Below are positions 52,122 through 64,000 of a stretch of DNA of 64,000 nucleotides, piece by piece. The notes under the pieces were generated by a model. It did not search any database, was not told the DNA's origin, and saw nothing but the letters and a program-made list of their open reading frames with translations. Made by a program: the position numbers and the translations under genes. Origin of the DNA: Octopus vulgaris. Taxonomy: Eukaryota. Each line of letters starts with the position of its first letter. Positions within the stretch are counted from its first letter, which is position 1. The stretch spans positions 37,634,001-37,698,000 of the forward strand of contig OX597827.1 of the NCBI GenBank assembly GCA_951406725.2. Direction: 5' to 3'.

Positions 52122-53106
52122 CACACGCGAGCGTGCGCGTCCAAAAAACACACACATGAACTCACATAGACACGCAAACAAATTTACAAGCTCACAGAAA
52201 TACCCACTCAGATTCACTCACACACGATGCTTTATATAGTGGGATGCTGAAAGCGGCGGCGATGGTGATGTTGAATGGTAGTGGTAATAATAATGAAATA
52301 ATTTTTACTCGGCAACTTGACGCAGTCTAATCTATTAATGGACGATTTCTTTTATGGATCATTTCCCTTGAGAGCTTTAGAGTGAATAGCAATTTTTGTT
52401 CATTCTTTACCAAGATATGTTGATCTTCATAGTGAAGCAAGGTTTGGAAATGAAGCGGAAATCCCGATGACCAATGACAATGGTGATGACGCTTTCAGTG
52501 AAAAGCTTATTATAGTTAGTTTCTCGCGTTTGTTTTTATTGTTTAGATTTTTGTTGCTTTATTTTATTTTACGTCAGATTTTGTGAATAACAGAGGCATT
52601 GGCTGTTGGTTTTCAATGAACCAATAATTGATTCACTGTAATTATGACTAACAGAATGTTCAAAGGAGTGTCTTCTGTATCTTGATTGAGAATAAATATA
52701 TCAAAGGGCCTCGTTCGAAAAGCACTGGTATATTGATTTTTCCAATGCAATCTTAACATCATTCGATGATATGTATATACATGAAAAATATACATAATTA
52801 TATATTAGGATATACGTGTATAATGCCATCTATGTATTATATTTAATGTATACACACAGCCGATAGGCCAGTTTACTGCAGTATTTGTCCTGAGATAATA
52901 TCACTTAAGGACGTGCTGTGTTAAAAAAAAGCATAATATATATCAGAGAGAGACAAAAATTCATCCCAGAAGCGGCAGCAGATTATCCGATACATTTCAG
53001 CCTTTGTGGGCATTTTTATTGGCTGGCTGTGAGTATGCACTATTGAAAATTTGCAACACGGTTGAAATGTGTCTGGAGCACTTTCTGATCGCTTCTGGAA
53101 CAAATT

Positions 53107-53190
<84 letters not shown>

Positions 53191-53492
53191 TCTGATAGTT
53201 ATTGTGTTTTTAATTCAGCAAGTCCATAAGAGATACTATCTCGAGACAAATCCTGCAGTAACTAGGCTACCGACTCTCTGTGTACATTAAGTATGATTCA
53301 TAGATGACTATTTTAATAAAATACTGCCTCACTCGAGTATACCAAACCTTTCTGACTTTCTGGGCTTTTTTCCACTCTTTTTCTCGCTCTGACACATTCT
53401 TTCTCCTATTTTCTCATAGAGTAGACATGTTTTAACGGACCCTGAAAGATAGCAGGATGTCGTGTATATATATATATACCAGGATGTGTATG

Positions 53493-53551
<59 letters not shown>

Positions 53552-53795
53552 CAGTGGCATATGGCGGTTGTTGTAATTTTAAGCAGGGGTATAAAAAAGT
53601 TTTCCATTAACATATGCGATTAAATTAATGAGTAAGATTAATATTTATAATGAATTTTCAATGAGTGTGCAGCGCACACCTAGCACACCCGGAATATACA
53701 CCCCTGGTAGGATGTATATATTATATATATTGAATATAACATTTGATTACTTGTTTTCTTTATTCAAAATTCGGACAGAACTTATGCGATGACTT

Positions 53796-53841
<46 letters not shown>

Positions 53842-54030
53842 TACATGAGTTCGTGGACAAACGAAAGACGGACACTCAGCACATTTATTGGGACTTATAT
53901 GTATGGAGCAAGATAGTTTCATTTAAATTACGTGCTACTTAATGTTTTAAAGCTTGTGGAGCATACCGTCGAACAGCAGACTGCCCAACGATAAGCTCCA
54001 CGACCTTTTTGAATCAAAATTGTTTTGATC

Positions 54031-54081
<51 letters not shown>

Positions 54082-54103
54082 GTGTGTGTGTATGCATGTA
54101 TGC

Positions 54104-54136
<33 letters not shown>

Positions 54137-54605
54137 TGTATGCATGTATGTATGCATGCATGTATGCATGCATGCATGTATTTATGTATGTATGTATGTA
54201 TGTATGCATGCATGTATGTGTGTATGTATGTATGTATGTATGCATGCATGTATGTATGCATGCATGTATGTATGCATGCGTGTATGTATGTATGTATGTA
54301 TGTATGTATGTATGTATGTATGTATGTATGCATGCATGTATGTATGTATGTATGTATGTATGTATGTATGTATACATGCCAGTTTGATTGCTTGGCCGTT
54401 GCTCGGATGAGAAAATAACATGGTAGCTTGTACCACCCTTTCGCCCAAGGTGCTGTGAGCGGAGCTAAACCCAAAGTAGGGATTATTGACTGCATATTTA
54501 AGAAATATATGGGTGGATTTGGTTATTGCCACATGTTTCAGCTTCAACATTAATATACAGTAGGCTTAAATACGTTGATTAGGAAAATTGTTCACATCAG
54601 TTAAC

Positions 54606-54724
54606 ATTTATCGCCATATCAGGTTGAAAACAGCGAATATGGTCTGATCACCAAAATTAAGTAACGGCGAGCCTAGTTAGTACTTAGGTTGATGATTTAC
54701 TGGGAAACCTAGACACTGTTAACA
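54606..54724 (+). pseudogene. Degenerate 5S rRNA copy
   Basis: gccatatcaggttgaaaacagcg...gtctgatcaccaaaattaagtaacggcgagcctagttagtacttagg...ctgggaaacctag follows invertebrate 5S (GCCAUACCACGUUGAAAACACCG...CCGAUCACCGAAGUUAAGCAACGUCGAGCC..GUUAGUACUUGG...CUGGGAAUACC) over about 119 nt with many substitutions. Confidence 0.8.
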
Positions 54725-54730
54725 AAACGT

Positions 54731-54887
54731 TGCTTTGTGATTAAGAAGCTTCCTTTGCAACACCGTGGTTTCAGGTTCAGTCTCACTGCGCGGCACTTTT
54801 GGCGTTTTATACTGTAACCGCGGACCGATCAATGCCTCGAGTGATTCGGTAGACGGAAACGGTGTGTAAACCAGTCGTATATGCGCG

Positions 54888-54923
<36 letters not shown>

Positions 54924-55170
54924 CGTGTGTGTGTGTGTGCATGTGCGTGTGTGTGTGTGTGCGCGTGTGTGTGTGTGTCTGTGTGTCTGTGTGTCTGTTA
55001 CCCACCACCGCTTGATGTCTCTGTAATATAAGCGGTTCGGCAAATGATTCCGATAGAATAAGTAACAGACTTTAAAATAAGAACAGGGGTCGATCTGTTC
55101 GACTAAAACTTTCATGGTGATGCCTCAGCATATCTGCAATCCAATGGCTGAATCTAATAAAAGAGAAAGA
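54731..55170 (+). mobile_element. Old CORE-type SINE
   Basis: ggttcagtctcactgcgcggcact...ggtagacggaaac...agcggttcggcaaa...gatagaataagta...ggggtcgatctgttcgactaaa. Confidence 0.75.
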
Positions 55171-55338
55171 TGAACAATAAAAAATATTTTCCAATGCGAA
55201 GAGACAATTCTGTATATCCCTGTAAATGTGCTTCCCCGCAGTTAGTGTTCACTGAATTCCACTCAGCCCGTGCTAGAAGACATTGACCCAACTCGGTGTG
55301 CAGTGTGACCGAATGCAGAAACGCATAATTGCGAAACA

Positions 55339-55762
55339 AGCGTAGGAGTGGCTGTGTGGTAAGCTTGCTTACCAACCACATGGTTCCAGGTTCAGTCCCA
55401 CTGCGTGGCACCTTAGGCAAGTGTCTTCTACTATAGCCTCGGGCCGACCAAAGCCTTGTGCGTGGATTTGGTAGACGGAAACTGAAAGAAGCCCGTCGTA
55501 TATATGTGTGTATATATATACATATGCGTGTGTGTGTGTGTGTGTGCGTGCGTATGTGTTTGTGTTTGTCCCTCCAACATCGCTTGACAACCGATGCTGG
55601 TGTGTTTCCGTCCCCGTAACTTAGCGGTTCGGCAAAAGAGACCGATAGAATAAGTACTAGGCTTACAAAGAGTAAGTCCTGGGGTCCATTTGCTCGATTA
55701 AAGGCGGTGCTCCAGCATGGCACAGTCACATGACTGAAACAAGTAAAAGAGTAAAGAGAGAG
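55339..55762 (+). mobile_element. Full-length CORE-type tRNA-derived SINE
   Basis: A- and B-box-like motifs, CORE-like segment, central microsatellite and (AAAGAGT) tail. Confidence 0.9.
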
Positions 55763-56041
55763 TAAGCTTCTTACACAGCCATGCCTGAGGTGCTCTTTTA
55801 TAAAGTGTTAAACAAAACTGAAGATAAACGGTATAGTTATAAAATTTACAAATGAGAAATTCAAGAAACAAAGAAGAGAAAGCAATGAGAGGTGTTTTTG
55901 TATTTAAAACAGCCGAGTTTTGTTTCCATCATGATAAATTCAGACAATCCAGTAGACGATATGCGGAATAATGTCACTGTAAACTCATTAACTATTAGAT
56001 CGTATAAAAGAAATTCATTATTATTGTTGTTGCTGTTGTTG

Positions 56042-56101
<60 letters not shown>

Positions 56102-56313
56102 GATATAAATCTAACTGATTTTTTCCTTTATTCAGTGTTGGTAATTTTGTTGTACAAATATTATAGAACGTGTATCAATTTAATCACGTTATTTCATCAG
56201 CTTTTCCAACTACATTTTATCTATTCTAATCGCTCTCCTCACATCTCTCTCCGTTTGCTTCTCTCTCTCCCTCCATCTGTCTCTATATCTCCTCTCCATT
56301 TCTCTCTCTATCG

Positions 56314-56364
<51 letters not shown>

Positions 56365-56514
56365 TTTCTCTTTCTCTTATTTCAATTGCACAGTCTCCCA
56401 CAAACATATTTCATCCTTCTCTTGTTAGTTTTATCTTTATCAGCGCGTGAGTGCATAAAATATATTTATATCCAGCTTAGCTTTACTTGAGGTCGAATTA
56501 CCTGCGGTTGTGAG

Positions 56515-58316
56515 CACTGGCATAGCTAGGGTATGGCAGGAGTAACTTAATTTTGGCTAATTTTCAGTCCATGTACGCTGCGGCAAATTTTGTTGATGTC
56601 TCAAGAATATGGGCCAATGCATTGTTAGTCGCTTTGTAAAACACCTTTGCTATGTAAAGAGTTACCCTGGATCGACATCTTACCTTTCAGAATAAATTTA
56701 TTTACCTCATCGCATCAGCCTTTCGTCAGAATCTGCTAAAGGGCATTCGCAAGGATAAGTATTATGGTCTCATTTTCGACGCAACCCCTGGTAGAGCACA
56801 TTGTGAACAGATTTCGCAAGTATGTTGAAGTTGACTTCGAAAGAGCGCGTTCGGGTGAGAGAAACCTTCCACAGGTTCATTCAGGCCAGCGAAAAGGATG
56901 CAGAGAGTTTAGTTGATGTAATTTCGAAGCAGTTGGCCGATGACGAAATGGCATTGGAAGATTGTAGGTCCCAGTGCTATGATAATGCAGCTGTGATGGC
57001 TGGGCACAGAAGCGAGGTCCAGCAGAGAATCAACGAAAAGAACAAATTGGCCCTATCCGTAAATTGTGGCAACCATTCGTTAAACCTAGTCGGCCTACAC
57101 GCAACTAAACACGAGTTGATGATGTTTGCATTTTTTGGCGCAATCAAACACTCTACGTATTCTTTTTTCGTTCGACACACCGCTGGGAAAAACTGAAGGC
57201 CATAATGCCTGTGGTTCTTAAGTCGCAATCTGAAATGAGATGGAGTGCGCGGATGGATGCAGTTAAAAGAGTAAGAAACTACCTCGATGAAATTCCACAA
57301 GTTCTTCAAGACATCGTCGACAATGAAAACGAGGCAACCGAGACACGGAACGACGCTAACTTGCTGTTTAACCGTATACTTCGTCACGAATTATTTGCAT
57401 TGCTTGGTTTCTGGAATAGCGTCCTCACATGGATCGATCGTGTTCAAAAGAGGCTTCAGGATCCGACAGTGAATTTCCATTATGCATCTCTCGACTTAAA
57501 AGGTCTCTGCGACTATTTTATCGCTTCCAGAGAAGTTTTAGTGGCTGATTCTCTCGAAGAAGGACTGAACACTTGCAGAAAGTGGCAAAAGTCATGTCGA
57601 AGATCTCAACGTGTCATTCACGATGTTTCCATCATCGATGAGCTGACAGCAAAAAATAACATGCGAAAAACAATGAATGAGGCCATCGACCGTCTTCATA
57701 AAGAAATGAACGCGAGGTATTCCCGGCTGCATGACCTTGACACCAAATTTGGCTTCCTTATCGATATCCTGTTTCTGCGTAATGGCAGTTTTGCGGATCC
57801 CTGGGCATGTTGCAACACCTTTGGAAACGTCTACAGCAACGATATCGATGCAACCGAACTTTTCGAAGAAATCCTCGATTGCAGAATGCTATTTGCAGGT
57901 CGCGAACACCTCCAAATATCAAATCCTGAGGAGCTTCTCCAATTTATCTTCCAATATGGAGATGAAAGTGTGTTCCCTAACCTTCGCGTAGCGATACAGA
58001 TTCTGCTGACAGTAGCTGTTTCCATTGCTGGTTGGGAGAGATTCTCAGCAAGCTGAATCTGATCATGTCCTTCCTGCTAGCTGATATGACACAATGTGTA
58101 TCATTGACAACTTTGTATCAAAGAAAGATAGAAGGTCACTCCTTTAAAATAGTCAATGTATACTTTCTGAATAAATAAATTTTATGAATATTTTCTGACT
58201 AAATAACTGTTTCGGTCTCTCTTAAAAAGGGGTCTGATGGGTTAGGTTAGGAAATTGGGGAAGGGGCGCAAATTTTGGCTTTGCCCTGGGCGCCATTTAT
58301 CCTAGCTACGCCACTG
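56515..58316 (+). mobile_element. hAT (Tip100-like) DNA transposon, internally deleted, 1802 bp
   Basis: TIRs CACTGGCATAGCTAGG / CCTAGCTACGCCACTG (14/16 match); 8-bp TSD gttgtgag (56507-56514) and cttgtgag (58317-58324). Confidence 0.92.
56680..58130 (+). pseudogene. hAT transposase (frameshifted, N-terminus missing)
   Basis: YYGLIFDATP, CRSQCYDNAAVMAG, VNCGNHSLNL, SEMRWSAR, FPNLRVAIQILLTVAVSIAGWERFS (dimerisation domain). Confidence 0.92.
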
Positions 58317-59095
58317 CTTGTGAGTCATTGTCACAAATGGAAAAGTAAAGAATTCACTAATTTCAGCCACAGCAGAATGGCAGGTGGAAACAGCTAGGGT
58401 AAATGACCAACGAAATTCATTTTCAGCAGGTAACATTTAAGAAGAAAAATGAGTGTCTACGAAAGTCAGATAACTAAAGATGAAATAATATAGCCAATGG
58501 GGGAAGCTGGGAGGTAAAATTTAAAGAAAGCTCAGTATATATAGCTTTTTTGTGTTATATAAAGCTTTTCAGATTGGCTTGGAAACATAAGTAGTCTGGA
58601 TTCACCTTCTCCATTCCCTAAACCTCTTAATTTATAATCGCATAATTAGCAATCTTCGTTGGTAAACTGTGAGTTGTAGAGTGACAGTCATCTTATTGAA
58701 ACTTCAATCTAATTCTACGAGATGAAGTGTATAACATATGTCGACTAATAAACTTTGTTGATCAAGTATCATCCGCTTTATGTCACTCATACAAGCCATG
58801 TACATGGTTACTACTTACTAACTTCTTGTACCAAGGCATTCAAGCCTTGAACACTCTACTTTATATTTCAAACACAATCTGTCTCATATTACAATGTCCA
58901 ATGTGGCGTGTTTTTTAAGATAATAATGTTATTCCTGAAAGGAATTAGGTTGGTATTTCTAGTAGACCGGTTCGAGTTACTCCATTTATTATCTGAAGAA
59001 TAACTGTAAAATCTACAATATACTCCCCACTCACTCTTCCTTATCACTTCCCACTCACCCTCTTCCTCCCCCGTTTCTCTCCACCTCTTCTCTCG

Positions 59096-59147
<52 letters not shown>

Positions 59148-59687
59148 CACACACACACACACACAGAGAGTTCCTCTACACTACTGTATAGAAACATCCG
59201 CTTACAATCTGCCATCCACCATTAAACTTTCTTTACCACACAAAACAACCGCATTCACACAATCATTCAAACGCAATCATGCGTGCACAAAACGCTCTCC
59301 CCACATCCAAAGATAAACAAACTCATATTCCTCACACCCACACAAACAAACTGAAAGTCATACACATCAACACACTCACGCACATAAACATACACATGCA
59401 CAGAGATGCACACACACACATACATCCCCCAAAAACCCCACCTTTACACACATTCACACCTAGCCATTCACTCGCAGACTCAAACATAAATAAACTAGCA
59501 TTCAATTGTACCCGTACCCACATATTTCTGTACCCATACATACGCACATACGCGCGGCACACACACACATGCGCACGCATACACACACATGTGCACACAC
59601 ACACACACACATGATCACAGACACACACATAATGTCACCTACCTGTACGCTCACATTCACACACCCATATATATATATATATATATA

Positions 59688-59748
<61 letters not shown>

Positions 59749-60169
59749 ACACCACCACACCCACAATAAAACTTAATTGCATCACACACATATAGATACA
59801 CATCTACACACATCCACGCATATACACATACAGACAAGCACATTAACACACGCACACAGACACATGCACACACACACACACACGAACATACAGTCGACTA
59901 ATCTCTGAACAACATTGTCTTCTCCTCACTGCGCCACTTCCACCACCCACTAGCAGCTGTTCAGTGAGAAATTATTTCCAGTAATTCGGTTGGCACAGCA
60001 GGTAATAAACCACGACAACTGATTCATTTGTAGGTGGCCCTATTTGTTAGCTCATTAGTAAACATCCTGCTGTTCAGATCATGCGGAGTCCTGAAAATGA
60101 TCATCTTTCAGTGTAAAGGTAGTTTACAAAGTGATATCGATGACAATAATAAACATAACAATTGTTTAT

Positions 60170-60362
60170 AATTTAAGTACAAGGAGAGGGAAATTTGTAG
60201 ATTACATCGAACCCCAATACTTGATTGGTACTCTGTTTTATCAACCCGGAGAGAGGAAAGGCCAAGTTAACCTCGAAGGGATTGGGAACCAGAATGATAA
60301 GTGCTGGTTACATCGTGCGTCATTTTCCGTCGTTCTTAACGATTCTGCCAATTCGCTAACCT
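60170..60362 (-). mobile_element. Old Nin-domain SINE
   Basis: gattacatcgaaccccaatacttgattggtactc...gaaaggccaagttaacctcg...acgattctgcc. Confidence 0.55.
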
Positions 60363-60644
60363 TAAACGTCTGGTCACATTAATAAATTAACAAAGACTGA
60401 TACAATAGCAGTTTGAAACTCCAGAAAATTCAGAGAAATTTCAATCAATCAATCAATATATATATATATATATATATATACTTTTGCTTAGTCCGCTATA
60501 ATGTTTCATTAGACGTGGTTACGGTACAAGTCATAGTTCACCTGAAACAGCTGTCAAGATAAGACTATTACACTATTCCTTTTGTTTATTTGTATTCCAT
60601 GTAAATATACTCAAGCCTACTCACATTTACCTGCCTTTTTAGTT

Positions 60645-61250
60645 CTATAGGGGAAGAATTCACACAAAAAGTAAAAGACGAAGACAGGTGGTGTAGACAA
60701 CAAACAGATGTATTAGCTTAACGCTGAGGAAGTGAAAAAGTCTTTAACGTTTCGAGCCTACGCTCTCCCACAGAAAGAACACAGAAATAAACAGGGAGAG
60801 AAAATAAAAGAATGTGTGGTGGCTAGCGATCTATCATGGCGAATGCCGGACAGAGGGGTCACACAGGAGATCTAGGAAGAAGGGGAGGTAATAAAGTAGT
60901 GGTGATCCCAAAACGAAGGTGCGCTTGCGTGTGTATAAGAGAGCATGTATGTGCGTGTGGCAGAGGGGTGGTGAACTTGACATGTGCGTGTATGCATGTG
61001 TAGGCGTCTGGATGATGGTGTGGGTGCTGAGAAGTGGTCAGTGCTAGTGTGTGCATGGTGGTGTGATGTGATGTGGTGTTGTGTGGTATAGTGGTGTAGT
61101 AGTGTTGGGATATGGGTGAGGCGAGAGTGGGGAAAGCAAGGGTGGGCTGTGTGTTAGGCTGAGGATGGGGGTAGAGGTGGGTGTAAGGGATGGGGGCGGA
61201 ATGGGATGGATAGGGAAGGTGGGATCCTAGGGTTGAAGGAGGGGAGGTGG
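60645..61250 (-). mobile_element. PLE 3' pLTR region with degenerate HHR (about 60740-60778)
   Basis: Same family as 659-775; minus strand CUUU-CUGUGGG-A-GAGC-GUAG-GCUC-GAAACGUUA-AAGAC. Confidence 0.55.
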
Positions 61251-61944
61251 ATCTCCCTGTCACGGAGGAAACCCACCCTTCTTCAATAAGAAAGAAAAAA
61301 GGAGGAGAAAAAAGGAAAACGGGACATTACCGGCAGTCGGTAACACAATACCGGCAAGACCCGGAACTTCGTCGGTGGGAATTGTGCCACCGACGGGTGA
61401 AGAGCCATCGTCGGTGGAAATTGTGCCACCGAAGTATTAAAGGAGAAGTATTACTTGTCTTCTTCTACAGGGGCGGGGAGGTGGAGAAGGTGGTAGAGAA
61501 GCACCAAGAGGGAGTAGTTCTGACTTGCACACGATATCCGCAGATAGCTGTGGAGGTCAAAAAGGTGCCCATAGTGCAAAGGCTGAAGGAACTCAGAGAG
61601 GGGTATCGCTTATGGCCGGATGGCACCGGCATGACACATGTTTTATGCTTGAGTGAGGCGTGGGAAATTGCGGGGTACGGAGTCAGAAGCGATACTGAAT
61701 TTGAAGAAGATGTTGAAGAGGACTACGGGTAAGAGGTAGGAAAGCCTCGTCATTGTAAAATGATAAGAGGTTTAAAACCTCATTCTGTTTATTTTAAAAA
61801 GAACATTGTTTTCGGGAAGACAGGTGGTCGGCGGACGCCGTTCGTTTCCCTCATTTATATTTTTATCTTCATTTCATCCCATTAATGTAAATGTCCAGCC
61901 CGCAGTTATTCTATGTCATGCCCATGTGGCAAATTGTATGAAAT

Positions 61945-62089
61945 AAAGTAGCTTGCTTACCAACTACATGGTTCCGGGTTCAGTTCCACTGCGTGGCACC
62001 TTGGGCACGTGTCTTCAACTATAGCCTCAGCCCGATAAAAGCCTTGTGAGTGGTTGGACTTGGTAGACGGAAACTGAAAGAAGCCCGTC

Positions 62090-62090
<1 letters not shown>
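61945..62090 (+). mobile_element. CORE-type SINE 5' half
   Basis: agtagcttgcttaccaac...gggttcagttccactgcgtggcaccttgggca...ggtagacggaaactgaaagaagcccgtc. Confidence 0.85.
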
Positions 62091-62158
<68 letters not shown>

Positions 62159-62307
62159 GAAACTGCACCGTTATAACAGTAGGGTTGCAATTGCAACAGT
62201 TACTAATCGACGCAGTAGAAACACGTGTAGGTCTATTTGAAGCTGTATATATGTGTGCGTGTATGTATATATATATGTGCGTGTGTGTGTCTGTGTGTGT
62301 GTGTGTA

Positions 62308-62605
62308 TCATCATCATCATTATCATCATTGTTCGACCGTGGTCGAGACAATGGAATTTACCATGCTACGCCAGACTTCACGGTCCATCATAGCATTACG
62401 GAGGTCCTGTTGCTGGATGCCTGTATCCCTGAAGATTACATCAGGGTAGGAGAGTGTGCGCCCTCTGGTATTGCAAGTAGATGGCTTCCAGAGGAGAAGA
62501 GTAGAAATTGCCTCGTTTTCAGCTCTACAACAATGTCCAGCAAACTGGACTCTCCTACCTTTCACAAGAGATGACACAGGTGGTAGTTTCCCATATATTT
62601 GCATT
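62308..62605 (-). mobile_element. 5'-truncated RTE-type LINE 3' end
   Basis: IYGKLPPVSSLVKGRRVQFAGHCCR...LLLWKP...RGR...AMMDREVWR...* followed by a (TGA)n tail. Confidence 0.85.
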
Positions 62606-62621
62606 TGTATATATATGTGTG

Positions 62622-62657
<36 letters not shown>

Positions 62658-63587
62658 TGTATGTATGTATGTATGTATGTATGTATGTGTGCATATAATA
62701 AAATTGCCAACTAAATGTGGCGGTCCCATAGAGGACGATGCTACTGTTGTTTCTAGCTCCGGCTGGCTTACGACACACTCTCTGTGTCCGATTAGTATTT
62801 GCGAGGAGATATGTGTATGCATATTTATATACGTCACCATGTGTACGTGCCTGTGTGTAACGTATGTGTGTATGTGTCTGTGTTTATGTGCGTGCGTCGA
62901 TGTGTGTGCGTGTCCGTGTACCGTTATGTGTGGGTGGGGTATGCGTGCGTGTTTGTGTGAGAGTACTACATAACTGTCTTTAGACGTTTTAAACGCGTTT
63001 TACAATTACAGAACATTGCATACATATTTTTTTTATTTCTCGCTAAGTTTAACTGGAGGTATGAAGCATCTCTTATATCCATTAACTGTTAAGTTCTCAC
63101 CAATATTATACAACAATGTATTAGTGATACCGAACATTATGTCGATGAACATTTAACTTCCTGTAACACCACTTCTTCATAAGAAGGCAACATCACAGTA
63201 ACAGAACATCCGTAGTTCTTATCGCGGTGCCATCACAATAACGTTCAAGTTAATAATTGTTCACTGGTCGCGCATTTAATTAATCTTATCGTAAGGAGTT
63301 CAGCTGTTTTCTGCGAAATATGTGAGCAGATGTGTGTGTGTGTGTATGTTGTATGTATATATATGTATGTATGCATGCATGTATGTATGTATGTATGTAT
63401 GTATGTATGTATGTATGTATGTATGTATGCATGTATGTATGTATGCATGTTTGTGTATACACACACACACACACACAAACACACAAACACACATACATAT
63501 ACAGATAGATAGATAGATAGATAGATGGATAGATAGATAGATAGATAGATAGATGGATGGATGGATGGATGGATGGATGGATGGATG

Positions 63588-63654
<67 letters not shown>

Positions 63655-63672
63655 GGATGGATGGATGGATGG

Positions 63673-63790
63673 ATGGAATTTACCATGCTACGCCAGACTT
63701 CACGGTCCATCATAGCATTACGGAGGTCCTGTTGCTGGATGCCTGTATCCCTGAAGATTACATCAGGGTAGGAGAGTGTGCGCCCTCTGG
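63673..63790. repeat. Exact 118-bp copy of 62351-62468 embedded in (GGAT)n
   Basis: Identical base for base by eye. Confidence 0.92.
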
Positions 63791-63852
63791 ATGGATGGGT
63801 GGATGGATGGATGGATAGATAGATAGATAGATGGATAGATAGATAGATGGAC

Positions 63853-63925
<73 letters not shown>

Positions 63926-64000
63926 CACACACACGCGCGCATGTACATACATGTATGTATGTATGTAAGCTATACTTGTGAAAAATGTCTGTGTATGTGT

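Noticed and set aside
53552-53706. Possible hAT-type MITE (cagtggcatat ... atatacacccctg)
   Set aside because: The TIR match is weak and no TSD is identifiable.
58600-58900. Faint PLE RT similarity (LLTNFLYQGIQAL); a similar faint signal at 46560-46960
   Set aside because: Too degenerate to call by eye.
61247-61732. 161-aa plus-strand ORF as a host gene
   Set aside because: No recognisable domain, contains a short internal duplication, and adjoins a PLE terminal region; probably TE-derived.

Overview
AT-rich, microsatellite-saturated eukaryotic non-coding DNA. The repeat repertoire (tRNA-derived CORE-type SINEs with a central microsatellite, Nin-domain SINEs, short Helitrons, many Penelope remnants) fits a cephalopod, probably Octopus; that assignment is an inference. 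I found no convincing host protein-coding exon, and almost all listed ORFs are translations of simple repeats. The real coding remnants all belong to transposons: Penelope-like elements (PLEs, Neptune- and Naiad-type RT plus GIY-YIG), an R4/Dong-like LINE missing its RT, L1/Tx1, RTE and Ingi/I-type fragments, an hAT element with TIRs and an 8-bp TSD, a maT/mariner fragment, and a Helitron helicase fragment. There is also a decayed 5S rRNA copy. The most interesting layer is RNA-structural. About ten type-I hammerhead ribozyme (HHR) motifs from different PLE terminal-repeat families sit in tiny islands inside microsatellites. Several have intact cores, and together they show three base-pair variants of the tertiary 3:8 pair (C3:G8, U3:A8, G3:C8). 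Several of these islands are short fold-back (inverted) pairs. All alignments and folds were done by eye and element boundaries are approximate unless TIRs or TSDs are quoted.
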